Assembly (NCBI GenBank): GCA_963796685.1
Contig: CAWCMR010000022.1
Span: forward strand, 128,001 to 192,000
Direction: 5' to 3'
Source: an uncultured delta proteobacterium
GTDB lineage: Bacteria; Myxococcota_A; Polyangia; Fen-1088
Length of the DNA: 64,000 bases
Part shown: in pieces, positions 9,981 to 20,257 of the stretch
Numbering within the stretch: position 1 is the first letter of the stretch
Layout: each line of letters opens with the position of its first letter
The notes under the pieces: generated by a model
The model's input: the letters and a program-made list of their open reading frames with translations, nothing else
Told to the model about the DNA's origin: nothing
Database searches by the model: none
Translations under genes and position numbers: made by a program

Positions 9981-12434
9981 ATGAAGCCAGCTAGCCATCC
10001 TGCACCAGGCGGGCCCGGGATTTCGGCGCGCTGGACTTCCAGCGCTAAGACGGGCGTCGGCACGGCGCTGAGCGATAGGAGCCGCGTCTGGTTCACGCTG
10101 AGCCATGGCATCTTCAACGAGATCTATTATCCCCGCATTGACCAGGCCTGCGTACGCGACCTGGGGATGGTCGTCACCGATGGCGCGGATTTCTTTTCCG
10201 AGGAGAAGCGGGATGTTCGACATGAAGCTGCATGGTTGAGCGATGGTGTCCCGGGATTTCGCCTGGTCAACACCTGTCGTGATGGCCGTTACCGCATCGA
10301 AAAGCAGATTGTGACCGATCCGCACCGGGACACGGTGTTACAGCAGGTTTCGTTTCACGCACAACAAGGCGCATTGTCGGACTATCACCTATCCGTCCTG
10401 CTCGCGCCCCACTTGCAAAATCACGGCGGGGGCAATACCGCGTGGGTGGACGATTTCGAGGGAGCGCCATTGCTATTTGCGCAGCGGAACGATTGCGCGT
10501 TGGCTCTAGCTTGTTCCGCGCCGTGGACCAAGCGGTCGGTTGGCTACGTCGGTGCTTCGGACGGCTGGCAGGATTTGAAGGCCCATCACCAGATGACGTG
10601 GGAATACACGCGGGCGGAAAATGGCAACGTGGCTTTGACCGCCGAAATCGATCTTTCGCAATCGAACGGAAGGTTCGTTCTGGCACTTGGTTTTGGCAAA
10701 GACCCGGATGAAGCGGCCCGGAATGCCATCGGCAGCCTGCGCGATGGTTTCGAGAAGGCGAAGCACGACTACATCGCCGGCTGGCAGAAATGGACCAAAA
10801 CGCACGCCTCGCTTGACCAAGAAGAAGCCGCTGTGGGCAATCTTGCCCCAAAGAGCCTCGCCGTCCTTCGCACGCATGAATCCAAGCAGGCCCGCGGTGC
10901 CATCATCGCCAGCCTCGCGATTCCGTGGGGGTTCAATCAGGGGGACGATGATCAGGGGGGATATCATCTCGTCTGGTCGCGTGACATGGTGGAGACAGCG
11001 GGCGGTTTGCTCGCTGCCCGGGCGCACGAAGACGCCCGCCGGGTGCTCTCATTCTTGCAGCGAACCCAGCAGCCGGACGGTCACTGGTCGCAGAACATGT
11101 GGTTGAATGGTTCGCCCTACTGGAACGGAATCCAAATGGACGAGACGGCGTTGCCGATCCTGCTGGTGGACTTGGCACGGCGCGAGAATGCCCTGGCTGA
11201 AGGCGGCTTTGAAAAGTATTGGGCGATGGTGAAGAGGGCTGCCGGTTATCTGGCGCGCAACGGCCCGGTCAGCCAGCAGGATCGCTGGGAGGAAGATCCC
11301 GGCTATACCCCGTTCACCGTCGCGGCGGAAATCGCGGCATTGCTGGCGGCGGCAGAGTTGGCCGAATTGAACCACGAAGCCTCCCTGGCGAACCACCTCC
11401 GCGAGATCGCCGATGTTTGGAATGATTCCATCGAGCGTTGGATGTATATGTCCGCGACCGACTGGCGCCAGAAGTTCAAGGTCGAAGGATACTATGTCCG
11501 CATCGCTCCGAAGCAGACGGGTGCCGGGGCAAGTCTCCAACAGAATGTGCGCGTCAAGAACGTCAAAGCATCGGAGGACACCCGGCGGGCTAGTCATCTG
11601 ATCAGTCCGGACGCGCTGGCGCTGGTGCGTTTCGGCTTGCGGGCGGCCGATGATTCGCGGATTCGCGACACCGCCAAAGTCATCGACGCCTTGCTCAGGG
11701 TGGAGACCCCGACCGGTCCCACGTGGCATCGCTACAACGACGATGGCTATGGCGAGCATGAGGATGGTTTGCCGTTTGACGGAACCGGAATTGGCCGTGG
11801 CTGGCCGCTGCTCACCGGCGAGCGGGCACACTACGAGCTGGCTGCCGGCCGCGGGGAAATTGCAAAACAACTTCTGGCCACCATGGAATCATTCGCCAAC
11901 GAAAGCGGTTTGATTCCGGAGCAAGTCTGGGATTCCCCCGACATCGCGGAACGCGAGCTTCATCTGGGCCGACCTTCCGGCTCTGCCATGCCGCTGGTCT
12001 GGGCGCACGCCGAATATCTAAAGCTGCGGCGCTCGCTGCACGATGGCAGGCTTTTCGACCAACCACCGCAAACGGTGCAACGCTATCTGAAGAAGAAGAC
12101 CGTATCCCCGCGCCTGACGTGGCGGTTTAACCACAAGCTGCGCTCGCTGCCGCCCGGAAAACTTCTGCGCGTCGAGTTGATGGCTCCGGGAGTCATTCAC
12201 TGGACTGCCGACGATTGGAAAACCTGCCAAGACTTGAAGACTCACGATGCCGGGCTCGAAATTCATATGGCCGACCTTCCCACCCAGTCGCTGCCCGAAG
12301 GCAAGCAGGTGAAATTCACCTTCTACTGGCCGGACACAGATCATTGGGAAGGCAGCGATTTCGTGGTTCAAATTAGTAGATGGCGCAGAGGGGACTTTGT
12401 CTCGACCGAAGGGAGCGGGACAAATGGGACATGA
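9981..12434 (+). CDS. Glucan 1,4-alpha-glucosidase (GH15 glucoamylase/glucodextranase-like)
   Basis: Own RBS (GGAGG) and ATG; GGYHLVWSRD, QMDET, QDRWEE, HRYNDDGYGE, PEQVWD, SAMPLVWAHAE. Confidence 0.9.
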   Translation: MKPASHPAPGGPGISARWTSSAKTGVGTALSDRSRVWFTLSHGIFNEIYYPRIDQACVRDLGMVVTDGADFFSEEKRDVRHEAAWLSDGVPGFRLVNTCRDGRYRIEKQIVTDPHRDTVLQQVSFHAQQGALSDYHLSVLLAPHLQNHGGGNTAWVDDFEGAPLLFAQRNDCALALACSAPWTKRSVGYVGASDGWQDLKAHHQMTWEYTRAENGNVALTAEIDLSQSNGRFVLALGFGKDPDEAARNAIGSLRDGFEKAKHDYIAGWQKWTKTHASLDQEEAAVGNLAPKSLAVLRTHESKQARGAIIASLAIPWGFNQGDDDQGGYHLVWSRDMVETAGGLLAARAHEDARRVLSFLQRTQQPDGHWSQNMWLNGSPYWNGIQMDETALPILLVDLARRENALAEGGFEKYWAMVKRAAGYLARNGPVSQQDRWEEDPGYTPFTVAAEIAALLAAAELAELNHEASLANHLREIADVWNDSIERWMYMSATDWRQKFKVEGYYVRIAPKQTGAGASLQQNVRVKNVKASEDTRRASHLISPDALALVRFGLRAADDSRIRDTAKVIDALLRVETPTGPTWHRYNDDGYGEHEDGLPFDGTGIGRGWPLLTGERAHYELAAGRGEIAKQLLATMESFANESGLIPEQVWDSPDIAERELHLGRPSGSAMPLVWAHAEYLKLRRSLHDGRLFDQPPQTVQRYLKKKTVSPRLTWRFNHKLRSLPPGKLLRVELMAPGVIHWTADDWKTCQDLKTHDAGLEIHMADLPTQSLPEGKQVKFTFYWPDTDHWEGSDFVVQISRWRRGDFVSTEGSGTNGT

Positions 12435-13797
12435 AGCCAAATCGGAGGTGAACGGATTCGTCTATTTCGCCGTGGGGGTGGCCGCTCTCGGCGGCCTGCT
12501 CTTTGGCTACGATACGGGCGTGATTTCCGGGGCCATCTTGTTCATCAAGAAACAGTTCTCCCTGTCGGCCACCATGGAGGAAATCGTCGTCAGCTCCGTT
12601 TTGATGGGTGCCGTTGTCGGCGCGACTATCGGAGGTGCTCTGACTGACCGCTTTGGGCGGCGCAAGATGATCATCCTGGCCGGTATCATATTTACGGTCA
12701 GCGCTATGGGCACGGCGCTGGCACCCACAGTCAGCTGGTTGCTTGCGGCCAGGGTGGTGAGCGGAATCGGAATCGGCATCGCTTCGTTTATCTCCCCGAT
12801 GTATATCGCCGAGCTCGTGCCGTCAAAAGTGCGCGGTTCCTTGGTGGCGGTCAACATGTTGGCGATTACCAGCGGCATCGTGGTTGCCTACCTGGTGGAC
12901 TATGCCTTTTCCTCCAGCGGGGGATGGCGCTATATGTTTGGACTGGCCGCAATACCATCCTTCGCCTTGATCATTGGAATGTGGTGGCTGCCGGACAGCC
13001 CGCGCTGGTTGCTCAGCAAATCAAGAGTCGAACAGGCGACGAAGATCCTACAGCGGGCGCGCACCGTAGCGAATGTGAGCCCGGAAATTGCGGACATCCA
13101 GAAGAGCACAGAAGAACAGGGCGTCGGCGGTATGAAAGGACTATGGCAGCCTTCACTCAAGATGCCGATGATTGTCGGCCTGGGACTGGCAATATTTCAG
13201 CAGATAACCGGCATCAACACGGTCATCTACTATGCCCCGACCATTTTCAAGTTTGCCGGAATTAACGCTACCGGACCCGCAATTCTGGCCGGAGCGGGGT
13301 TGACCATGGTGATGTGGCTCTTTCACGTGCTGGCCATTTTCCTGCTGGACCGTGTCGGCCGGAGGCCTTTGTTGCTGGTCGGTGTGGCCGGTCAGGTTAT
13401 TGGGCTGGCTGTCTTGGGCGCCGCTTTCCAGTTTCAGCAGTTGGCCAGCTTCAAGAGTTACATCGCCATTGGCGGCCTGGTCATCTACGTCGCGTGTTTC
13501 GCCTTTGGGCTTGGGCCGATCTTCTGGCTGCTGATTTCCGAGATCTATCCACTGAAGGTTCGTGGTGCGGCCATGAGCGCCGTGACGGTAACGAACTGGG
13601 CCTTGAATCTGGTGGTGGCCGTGAGCTTCCTGACCCTGGTCGGGGTTCTTGGGCACGCGGGAACTTTCTGGCTATACGGTCTCATTGCGATCGGCGCCTG
13701 GGTCTTCCTCTATCTGTTGGTGCCGGAGACCAGGGGCAAGAGCCTCGAACAGATTGAAGCCCACTGGCGGGCAGGAAAGCATCCACGGGCACTATGA
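12424..13797 (+). CDS. MFS sugar porter
   Basis: GGLLFGYDTGVISG, DRFGRR, PDSPRWL, QQITGIN, PETRGKSLE. Confidence 0.95.
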   Translation: MGHEAKSEVNGFVYFAVGVAALGGLLFGYDTGVISGAILFIKKQFSLSATMEEIVVSSVLMGAVVGATIGGALTDRFGRRKMIILAGIIFTVSAMGTALAPTVSWLLAARVVSGIGIGIASFISPMYIAELVPSKVRGSLVAVNMLAITSGIVVAYLVDYAFSSSGGWRYMFGLAAIPSFALIIGMWWLPDSPRWLLSKSRVEQATKILQRARTVANVSPEIADIQKSTEEQGVGGMKGLWQPSLKMPMIVGLGLAIFQQITGINTVIYYAPTIFKFAGINATGPAILAGAGLTMVMWLFHVLAIFLLDRVGRRPLLLVGVAGQVIGLAVLGAAFQFQQLASFKSYIAIGGLVIYVACFAFGLGPIFWLLISEIYPLKVRGAAMSAVTVTNWALNLVVAVSFLTLVGVLGHAGTFWLYGLIAIGAWVFLYLLVPETRGKSLEQIEAHWRAGKHPRAL

Positions 13798-13901
13798 CGA
13801 ACACCTTGATCCGGCGCTACGGAAAAGCCATGGAGGCATCCCACGGGCGATAAGGCCGTGCCTTCGGCGTCGACGCAGGAAGGACGGAAAGGATTCATGT
13901 T

Positions 13902-16832
13902 ATGAACGCAAATACAGACCAGCCCAAGGCTCCTGAATCGAAACCGGAATCCAAGCCGGAGGCAAAGCCCGATGGGAAGGAGGATCTAAAGTCTCTTCCC
14001 ATGCCGGAGCTTCAAGCGAAATTGGGGTCGTCGCCGGACGGCCTCAGTCAAGCCGAGGCGCAGAAGCGACTCTCGCAATATGGGCCGAATGAGCTTACGG
14101 AAAAGAAGACAAATCTCTTTCTGAAGTTTTTCAGCTACTTCTGGGGCCCCATCCCATGGATGATCGAGGTTGCCGTGATCCTCTCGGGGGTGGTCGGGCA
14201 CTGGCCCGATTTCTTCATCATCCTTCTTTTGCTCGCAGCCAATGCCGTGGTCGGCTTCTGGGAAGAGCGCGAAGCGAGCAACGCCATCGAGGCTTTGAAG
14301 GCCCGGCTGGCGGTCAAGGCCAGGGTAAAACGGGACGGGAAGTGGATCAACCCGCCGGCGCGTGAGTTGGTGCCCGGCGATGTCATCCGTATGCGGCTGG
14401 GCGACATCGTGCCCGCGGACGCACGATTGCTTGACGGCGACCCGGTGGAGGTCGACCAATCCGCACTCACGGGCGAGTCGTTGCCTGCCGAGCGCAAGGT
14501 CGGAGAAGCGGTGTTCTCCGGTTCCATCATCCGACAGGGTGAAAGCGGCGGGATGGTTTACGCCACGGGCGAGAAGACCTACTTCGGCAAGACAGCGCAG
14601 CTCGTGCAGGAGGCGCACACCGTCAGCCATTTCCAAAAAGCGGTTTTGAGGATCGGCAATTACCTGATCATCCTGGCGGTAGCCTTGGTGGCGGTGATCA
14701 TTGGTTTTGCGATCTATCGCGGCGATGCGATCCTGACCACGTTACAGTTTGCCCTGGTATTGACCGTGGCCGCAATACCCGTGGCGATGCCCACGGTGTT
14801 GTCGGTAACCATGGCGGTGGGGGCGCGCCTGCTCTCGAAAAAGCAGGCGATCGTGAGCCGATTGGTGGCCATCGAGGAGCTGGCGGGCGTGGACGTCCTG
14901 TGCGCGGACAAGACCGGCACCCTGACTCAAAACAAGTTGACCCTTGGCGATCCCTTCGGCGTGAACAACATCCCCGTAGAGCAAGTAGTCCTTGGTGGCG
15001 CGCTGGCGTCGCGCGCGGAAAACAACGACACCATTGACCTGGCCGTGCTGGGCGGATTGAAGGACAAGGAGGCGCTGAAGGCCTACGAAGTGGTTCATTT
15101 CCAGCCCTTCGACCCGGTACACAAGCGCACCGAGGCGTCTGTCAAAGGCAAGGACGGAAAAACCTTCAAAGTAACGAAGGGTGCGCCTCAGGTGATCCTG
15201 ACGTTATCGGCGAATGCCGAGCAAGTGAAACCCGCGGTCGAGAAGGCGGTCAACGAATTCGCGGCGCGTGGGTTCCGTTCGCTGGGCGTGGCGCGGGCAG
15301 AAGGCGACGGGCCATGGCAGTTCCTCGGCGTGCTGCCGCTGTTTGATCCGCCACGCGAGGATGCCAAGGCCACGATTGCGACCGCGCTGGCCATGGGCGT
15401 GAAGATCAAGATGGTGACGGGCGATGCACTGGCCATCGCCAAAGAAACCGCGAAGAAGTTGGCCATGGGCGCCAATATCCTCGATGCCGCCAGTTTGGGC
15501 GACTCGAAGAAGAAAGAGACGACGGAGGTGGCCGAGTCCATTGAGAAGGCCGACGGATTCGCCCAAGTCTTTCCCGAACACAAATTTCATATCGTGGATG
15601 TTCTACAGAACCGCGGCCACATCGTGGGCATGACAGGCGACGGGGTCAATGACGCCCCCGCTCTCAAAAAGGCCGACTGCGGCATCGCCGTTTCGGGCGC
15701 GACGGACGCTGCGCGCGCGGCAGCGGCCATCGTGCTGATGACACCGGGCCTTTCCGTGATCATCGACGCGATCAAGGAGAGCCGCCGCATCTTCCAGCGC
15801 ATGAACAGCTACGCCATCTACCGCATCGCGGAGACCTTGCGCGTGCTGTTCTTCATGACCCTGGCGATCCTGGTGTTCAATTTCTATCCGTTGACGGCCG
15901 TGATGATCGTGATGCTGGCGCTGCTCAACGACGGCGCGATTCTGTCCATCGCCTATGACAACGTTCACTACAAGGACCAGCCCGAGGCGTGGAATATGCG
16001 CATGGTGCTGGGCATTTCTACGGCGCTAGGCCTCATCGGAGTCGTCTCCGCCTTCGGCTTGTTCTACCTCGGCGAGCGGGTCTTTCACCTTGACCGTCCG
16101 CATATCCAGACGCTGATGTATCTGAAGCTATCCGTGGCGGGGCACCTGACGATCTTCCTAACCCGTACGCGCGGCCGGTTCTGGTCCATACGTCCGGCAA
16201 AGATTCTGTGGCTGGCGGTGCTTGGCACGCAGATCGTGGCGACGCTGATCGCAGTCTATGGACTATTCATGACGCCACTCGGCTGGGGTTGGGCCGGGTT
16301 CGTGTGGGGCTATGCGCTGCTGTGGTTCCTCGTGAACGACCAGGTCAAGTTGCTCGCGTATCGGATCTTTGATCCAGTCAAAGCCGAGGCCAAAGCCAAG
16401 GCTGAACCCAAGGCGGAAGACAAACCGGACGCCAAGGTCGAGGCGGCGCCAGCAACGAAGGTCGAACCGAAACCTGACGCCAAACCCGAGGCGACTGCCG
16501 AACCTAAACCGGAGGCGAAGCCCGAGTCAGCGCCCGCAGGTAAAGCTCCGGCCGAACCGGCAGCCAAATCCGTGCCGCCTGCGGCCACCAAAGCAGAACC
16601 GAAACCGGACGCGAATACCGACGTCAAACCAACCGACAAAGTCGAGCCGAAGCCTGATGCCCAACCGGAAGCCAAGCCCGGGCCCAGCACGAAGCCAGCG
16701 GTCGAGGTATCCCAGCAGGTCGCCACGAAGGTCCACAAATTCTACGAGCAATTGGGGCGCGAGGACGTTCGCGCGGTCGAGGAAGCGGACGAGGCGAAGG
16801 AAAAGGCTCCGAAAGTGCAGCCCCCCAAATAG
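13902..16832 (+). CDS. Plasma-membrane-type proton-efflux P-type ATPase (type IIIA) with a P/K/E/A-rich C-terminal extension
   Basis: FWGPIPWMIE, TGES, AAIPVAMP, DKTGT, KGAP, DPPR, TGDGVND, LLNDG...IAYD. Confidence 0.92.
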   Translation: MNANTDQPKAPESKPESKPEAKPDGKEDLKSLPMPELQAKLGSSPDGLSQAEAQKRLSQYGPNELTEKKTNLFLKFFSYFWGPIPWMIEVAVILSGVVGHWPDFFIILLLLAANAVVGFWEEREASNAIEALKARLAVKARVKRDGKWINPPARELVPGDVIRMRLGDIVPADARLLDGDPVEVDQSALTGESLPAERKVGEAVFSGSIIRQGESGGMVYATGEKTYFGKTAQLVQEAHTVSHFQKAVLRIGNYLIILAVALVAVIIGFAIYRGDAILTTLQFALVLTVAAIPVAMPTVLSVTMAVGARLLSKKQAIVSRLVAIEELAGVDVLCADKTGTLTQNKLTLGDPFGVNNIPVEQVVLGGALASRAENNDTIDLAVLGGLKDKEALKAYEVVHFQPFDPVHKRTEASVKGKDGKTFKVTKGAPQVILTLSANAEQVKPAVEKAVNEFAARGFRSLGVARAEGDGPWQFLGVLPLFDPPREDAKATIATALAMGVKIKMVTGDALAIAKETAKKLAMGANILDAASLGDSKKKETTEVAESIEKADGFAQVFPEHKFHIVDVLQNRGHIVGMTGDGVNDAPALKKADCGIAVSGATDAARAAAAIVLMTPGLSVIIDAIKESRRIFQRMNSYAIYRIAETLRVLFFMTLAILVFNFYPLTAVMIVMLALLNDGAILSIAYDNVHYKDQPEAWNMRMVLGISTALGLIGVVSAFGLFYLGERVFHLDRPHIQTLMYLKLSVAGHLTIFLTRTRGRFWSIRPAKILWLAVLGTQIVATLIAVYGLFMTPLGWGWAGFVWGYALLWFLVNDQVKLLAYRIFDPVKAEAKAKAEPKAEDKPDAKVEAAPATKVEPKPDAKPEATAEPKPEAKPESAPAGKAPAEPAAKSVPPAATKAEPKPDANTDVKPTDKVEPKPDAQPEAKPGPSTKPAVEVSQQVATKVHKFYEQLGREDVRAVEEADEAKEKAPKVQPPK
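16380..16700 (+). repeat. Degenerate (A/V)EPKP(D/E)AKP coding repeats
   Basis: Repeated EPKPDA/EPKPEA units in the ATPase tail; similar KPE units at its N-terminus. Confidence 0.75.
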
Positions 16833-16874
16833 GCCGCCGCAACCAGCGCGGCCGATATACCTGAAAGAAGAAAG

Positions 16875-16937
16875 ATGAAGATCAATTCACAAGATTTCCA
16901 GGTGCGGCCCGGCGCCAAGGTCGAGCTCAAGGAGTGA
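16875..16937 (+). pseudogene. ppk2: 20-codon N-terminal stub resembling polyphosphate kinase 2 (class III)
   Basis: Purine-rich RBS then MKINSQDFQVRPGAKVELKE*; resembles the recalled MKINSxDFRV..G.KV.L.xWPT start of PPK2-III proteins. Confidence 0.55.
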
Positions 16938-16940
16938 GAT

Positions 16941-18035
16941 ATGATGAAGGCCACCGAGCTGCTGTACGACCTGGGCCAGAGCCTCTGGCTCGACAACATC
17001 ACGCGCGATCTGCTCGACTACGGCACGCTGGAACGGTACATCGACGAGCTCTCCGTGACCGGGTTGACCTCGAACCCGACGATTTTCGACCACAGCATCA
17101 AGGGCAGTGCCGCCTACGACACCGCGATTCGTGAAGCGCTGGGGAAGGGAAGCACCGGTGAGGCGCTGTTCTTCGATCTGGCGCTCGACGATCTCGTCCG
17201 CGCCGCCGATCTGTTCAGGCCGATTCACGAGGGCACGAACGGCGTGGACGGCTGGGTGTCCCTCGAGGTGTCGCCGCTGCTCGCCCATGACACGGCAAAG
17301 ACCATCGCCGCCGCCAAGGAGCTTTCCGCGCGAGCGGCACGTCCGAACCTGTTCATCAAGATCCCTGGCACTGAGGAAGGTCTTCCAGCCATCGAGGAGG
17401 CAATCTTTGCCGGTGTGCCGGTCAACGTCACGCTCTTGTTTTCGCGCGAGCAATACCTGGCGGCGGCCGAGGCGTATTTGCGCGGCATCGAACGGCGTAT
17501 TGCCGCCGGGCTCAACCCCCAGGTCGGCTCGGTGGCCTCGATGTTCATCAGCCGTTGGGATGCCGCGGTGGCGGACAAGGTTCCAGGGACGCTGAGCAAC
17601 CGGCTCGGAATCGCCGTTGCCGGCCGTATCTACAAAGCCTACCTCGACCAGTTGAGCAACCCGCGCTGGCAGCGCGCATACAACCGCGGTGCCCGACCGC
17701 AACGGTTGTTATGGGCCAGCACCGGGACGAAGGATCCCAAGGCTTCCGACATTCTCTACATCAAGGCCCTCGCTTCCCCATTCACGGTGAACACGATGCC
17801 CGAGGCAACCCTGAATGCCTTCGACGACCATGGTGAGCTTGGTGCGGCCATGGCACCAGACGGTGGCGATTGCGAGCAGGTCTTGGGCGAGCTCGCGAAG
17901 TCCGGCGTGCATGTGGACGCCCTGGCCGCCCGCCTACAGGACGAGGGAGGGAAATCGTTCGTGAAATCTTGGCGCGAATTGCTAGAGGTGATTGCATCAA
18001 AGAGTGACGCCCTCAAGAAGACGGAAATGCGATGA
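16941..18035 (+). CDS. tal: Transaldolase
   Basis: [49 protein letters not shown]. Confidence 0.95.
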   Translation: MMKATELLYDLGQSLWLDNITRDLLDYGTLERYIDELSVTGLTSNPTIFDHSIKGSAAYDTAIREALGKGSTGEALFFDLALDDLVRAADLFRPIHEGTNGVDGWVSLEVSPLLAHDTAKTIAAAKELSARAARPNLFIKIPGTEEGLPAIEEAIFAGVPVNVTLLFSREQYLAAAEAYLRGIERRIAAGLNPQVGSVASMFISRWDAAVADKVPGTLSNRLGIAVAGRIYKAYLDQLSNPRWQRAYNRGARPQRLLWASTGTKDPKASDILYIKALASPFTVNTMPEATLNAFDDHGELGAAMAPDGGDCEQVLGELAKSGVHVDALAARLQDEGGKSFVKSWRELLEVIASKSDALKKTEMR

Positions 18036-20191
18036 GTCAAGGCGTGGCCAGCTCTCCGAAGGCGCCAAGCGCGGGTGCCTTCACATGCCCCATGCATCCC
18101 GAGGTTCAGGCGGACAAGCCCGGCTCTTGCCCGAAGTGCGGGATGGCGCTGGAGCCGAATACGGCCGTTGCGACCGAGGAAGAGGAAAACCCGGAGCTGA
18201 GCAATATGAGGCGCAGGTTCTGGTTCTCGGCGGTGCTCGCCGTGCCGCTGATCGTTCTCGCGATGGGGGATGCCGTGACCGGCGGTCTCGTATCTCGACT
18301 TGTTTCACCGCAAACCAGGACCTTCGTGGAGCTTGCGCTGGCCACCTTGGTGTGCACCTGGGCAGCCTGGCCGTTCTACGTCCGCGCGGTCCAGTCCGTA
18401 AGAAACAGGAGTCTCAACATGTTCACCCTGGTCGGGCTCGGGGTGTTCGTGGCCTACACGTACAGCCTCTTTGCTACACTGCTGCCTGGCTTCTTCACTG
18501 CCTCGTTCCGCGGCAAGGACGGAGAGGTGGCAGTCTACTTCGAGGCTGCTGCCGTCATCGTCACTCTCGTTCTGCTCGGGCAAGTACTCGAGCTGCGAGC
18601 TCGCGGCGCGACCAGCACCGCCATCAAGAGGCTCCTCGGCCTCGCGCCGAAGACCGCGCGTCGTCTCAAGGCGGATGGTTCAGACGAGGACGTCTCGCTC
18701 GATGCCGTCGCAGTCGGCGACCGGCTGCGCGTGCGTCCGGGTGAGAAGGTCCCCGTCGACGGCATCGTGCTCGAAGGGACAACCTCGATGGACGAGTCGA
18801 TGGTCACTGGCGAGCCGATCCCCGTGGAAAAGCATACCGGCGACCACGTGGTGGGCTCGACCATGAACGGCACCGGGGCGCTGGTCGTGCGTGCCGAGAA
18901 GGTTGGCGCCGAAACCCTGCTGTCACGAATTGTAGCGATGGTTGCCGAAGCCCAGCGCAGCAGGGCTCCGATCCAAAGGCTCGCGGACATCGTCTCGGGC
19001 TACTTCGTTCCAATCGTCGTGGGTGTCGCGGTCCTCACTTTTGTCGTGTGGAGCCTCGTGGGACCCGAGCCGCGCATGGCGCGCGCGCTCATCAATGCAA
19101 TTGCAGTCCTGATCGTCGCTTGCCCTTGCGCGCTCGGGTTGGCGACGCCCATGTCGATCATGGTCGCGACCGGAAAGGCTGCCACGATGGGCGTCCTCTT
19201 TCGCAACGCCGAGGCCATCGAGGTCATGCGCAAGGTCGATACGCTCGTCATCGATAAGACCGGAACGCTGACCGAGGGCAAACCGAAGCTGACGTCCGTC
19301 GTGCCTGCTGCGGGTTTCGATGAGCAGGCGCTGCTTCGGCTCGCCGCCACGCTCGAGCGGGGGAGCGAACATCCCCTCGCGGCCGCCATCGTCGAGGGGA
19401 GCGTAGGCCGCGGCGTCAGGTTGGGCGACACGACGGGATTCGAGAGCATCACCGGCAAGGGCGTGCGCGGAAGGGTCGACGGTCGGGCCGTGGCTCTCGG
19501 AAATCGTGCGCTCGTTACCCAGCTCGGTGTCGAGCTCGGCGCGCTCACCGAGAAGGCCGAGGCGCTGCGGACCGAGGGGCAGACTGTCATGTTCGTGGTG
19601 GTTGATGGGAAACCAGCGGGCCTGGTCGGCGTCGCTGACCCGATCAAGGACAGTACCCCCGAAGCCATTCGAGCCCTGCACGAAGAGGGCATCCGCATCG
19701 TGATGCTCACCGGCGACAACGAGACGACCGCGCGGGCGGTGACCAAGGCGCTCGGCCTTGACGACGTCGTCGCCGACGTGTTGCCAGACCAAAAGGCGGA
19801 GGTCGTCAAGCGGCTCCAGGGCGAAGGTCACTTCGTGGCGATGGCGGGCGACGGTATCAACGATGCACCGGCGCTTGCGCGGGCACAGGTGGGCATCGCC
19901 ATGGGCACAGGCACCGACGTTGCCATGGAGAGCGCGTCCATCACGCTCGTGAAAGGAGACCTGATGGGCATCGTCCGAGCCCGTCGCCTGTCACGAAAGA
20001 CGATGCGCAACATCAAGCAAAACCTGTTTTTCGCTCTCTTCTACAATGCGGCGGGGGTGCCCATTGCGGCTGGCGTGCTCTATCCCTTCTTCGGGCTGCT
20101 TCTGTCTCCCGTCTTCGCGGCAGCAGCGATGAGCTTCAGCTCGGTGTCAGTGATTGGCAATGCGCTGCGCTTGCGGCGCGCCCATGTGTGA
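18032..20191 (+). CDS. copA: Cu(I)/Ag-translocating P1B-ATPase
   Basis: FTCPMHP...CPKCGM heavy-metal domain, [22 protein letters not shown] and MxxSS TM motifs. Confidence 0.93.
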   Translation: MSQGVASSPKAPSAGAFTCPMHPEVQADKPGSCPKCGMALEPNTAVATEEEENPELSNMRRRFWFSAVLAVPLIVLAMGDAVTGGLVSRLVSPQTRTFVELALATLVCTWAAWPFYVRAVQSVRNRSLNMFTLVGLGVFVAYTYSLFATLLPGFFTASFRGKDGEVAVYFEAAAVIVTLVLLGQVLELRARGATSTAIKRLLGLAPKTARRLKADGSDEDVSLDAVAVGDRLRVRPGEKVPVDGIVLEGTTSMDESMVTGEPIPVEKHTGDHVVGSTMNGTGALVVRAEKVGAETLLSRIVAMVAEAQRSRAPIQRLADIVSGYFVPIVVGVAVLTFVVWSLVGPEPRMARALINAIAVLIVACPCALGLATPMSIMVATGKAATMGVLFRNAEAIEVMRKVDTLVIDKTGTLTEGKPKLTSVVPAAGFDEQALLRLAATLERGSEHPLAAAIVEGSVGRGVRLGDTTGFESITGKGVRGRVDGRAVALGNRALVTQLGVELGALTEKAEALRTEGQTVMFVVVDGKPAGLVGVADPIKDSTPEAIRALHEEGIRIVMLTGDNETTARAVTKALGLDDVVADVLPDQKAEVVKRLQGEGHFVAMAGDGINDAPALARAQVGIAMGTGTDVAMESASITLVKGDLMGIVRARRLSRKTMRNIKQNLFFALFYNAAGVPIAAGVLYPFFGLLLSPVFAAAAMSFSSVSVIGNALRLRRAHV

Positions 20192-20257
20192 CCCCGCTCA
20201 ACAGGATCACTGGCCCACATTTCTCGAGGATCAGGCCACCCAGGAAAACGGCGAGCC

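Noticed and set aside
8940-12434. Apparent 1164-aa aldolase-glucoamylase fusion
   Set aside because: Produced by a +1 frameshift near 9802; the true aldolase end is in the 9784-9978 frame and the glucoamylase has its own RBS and ATG at 9981.
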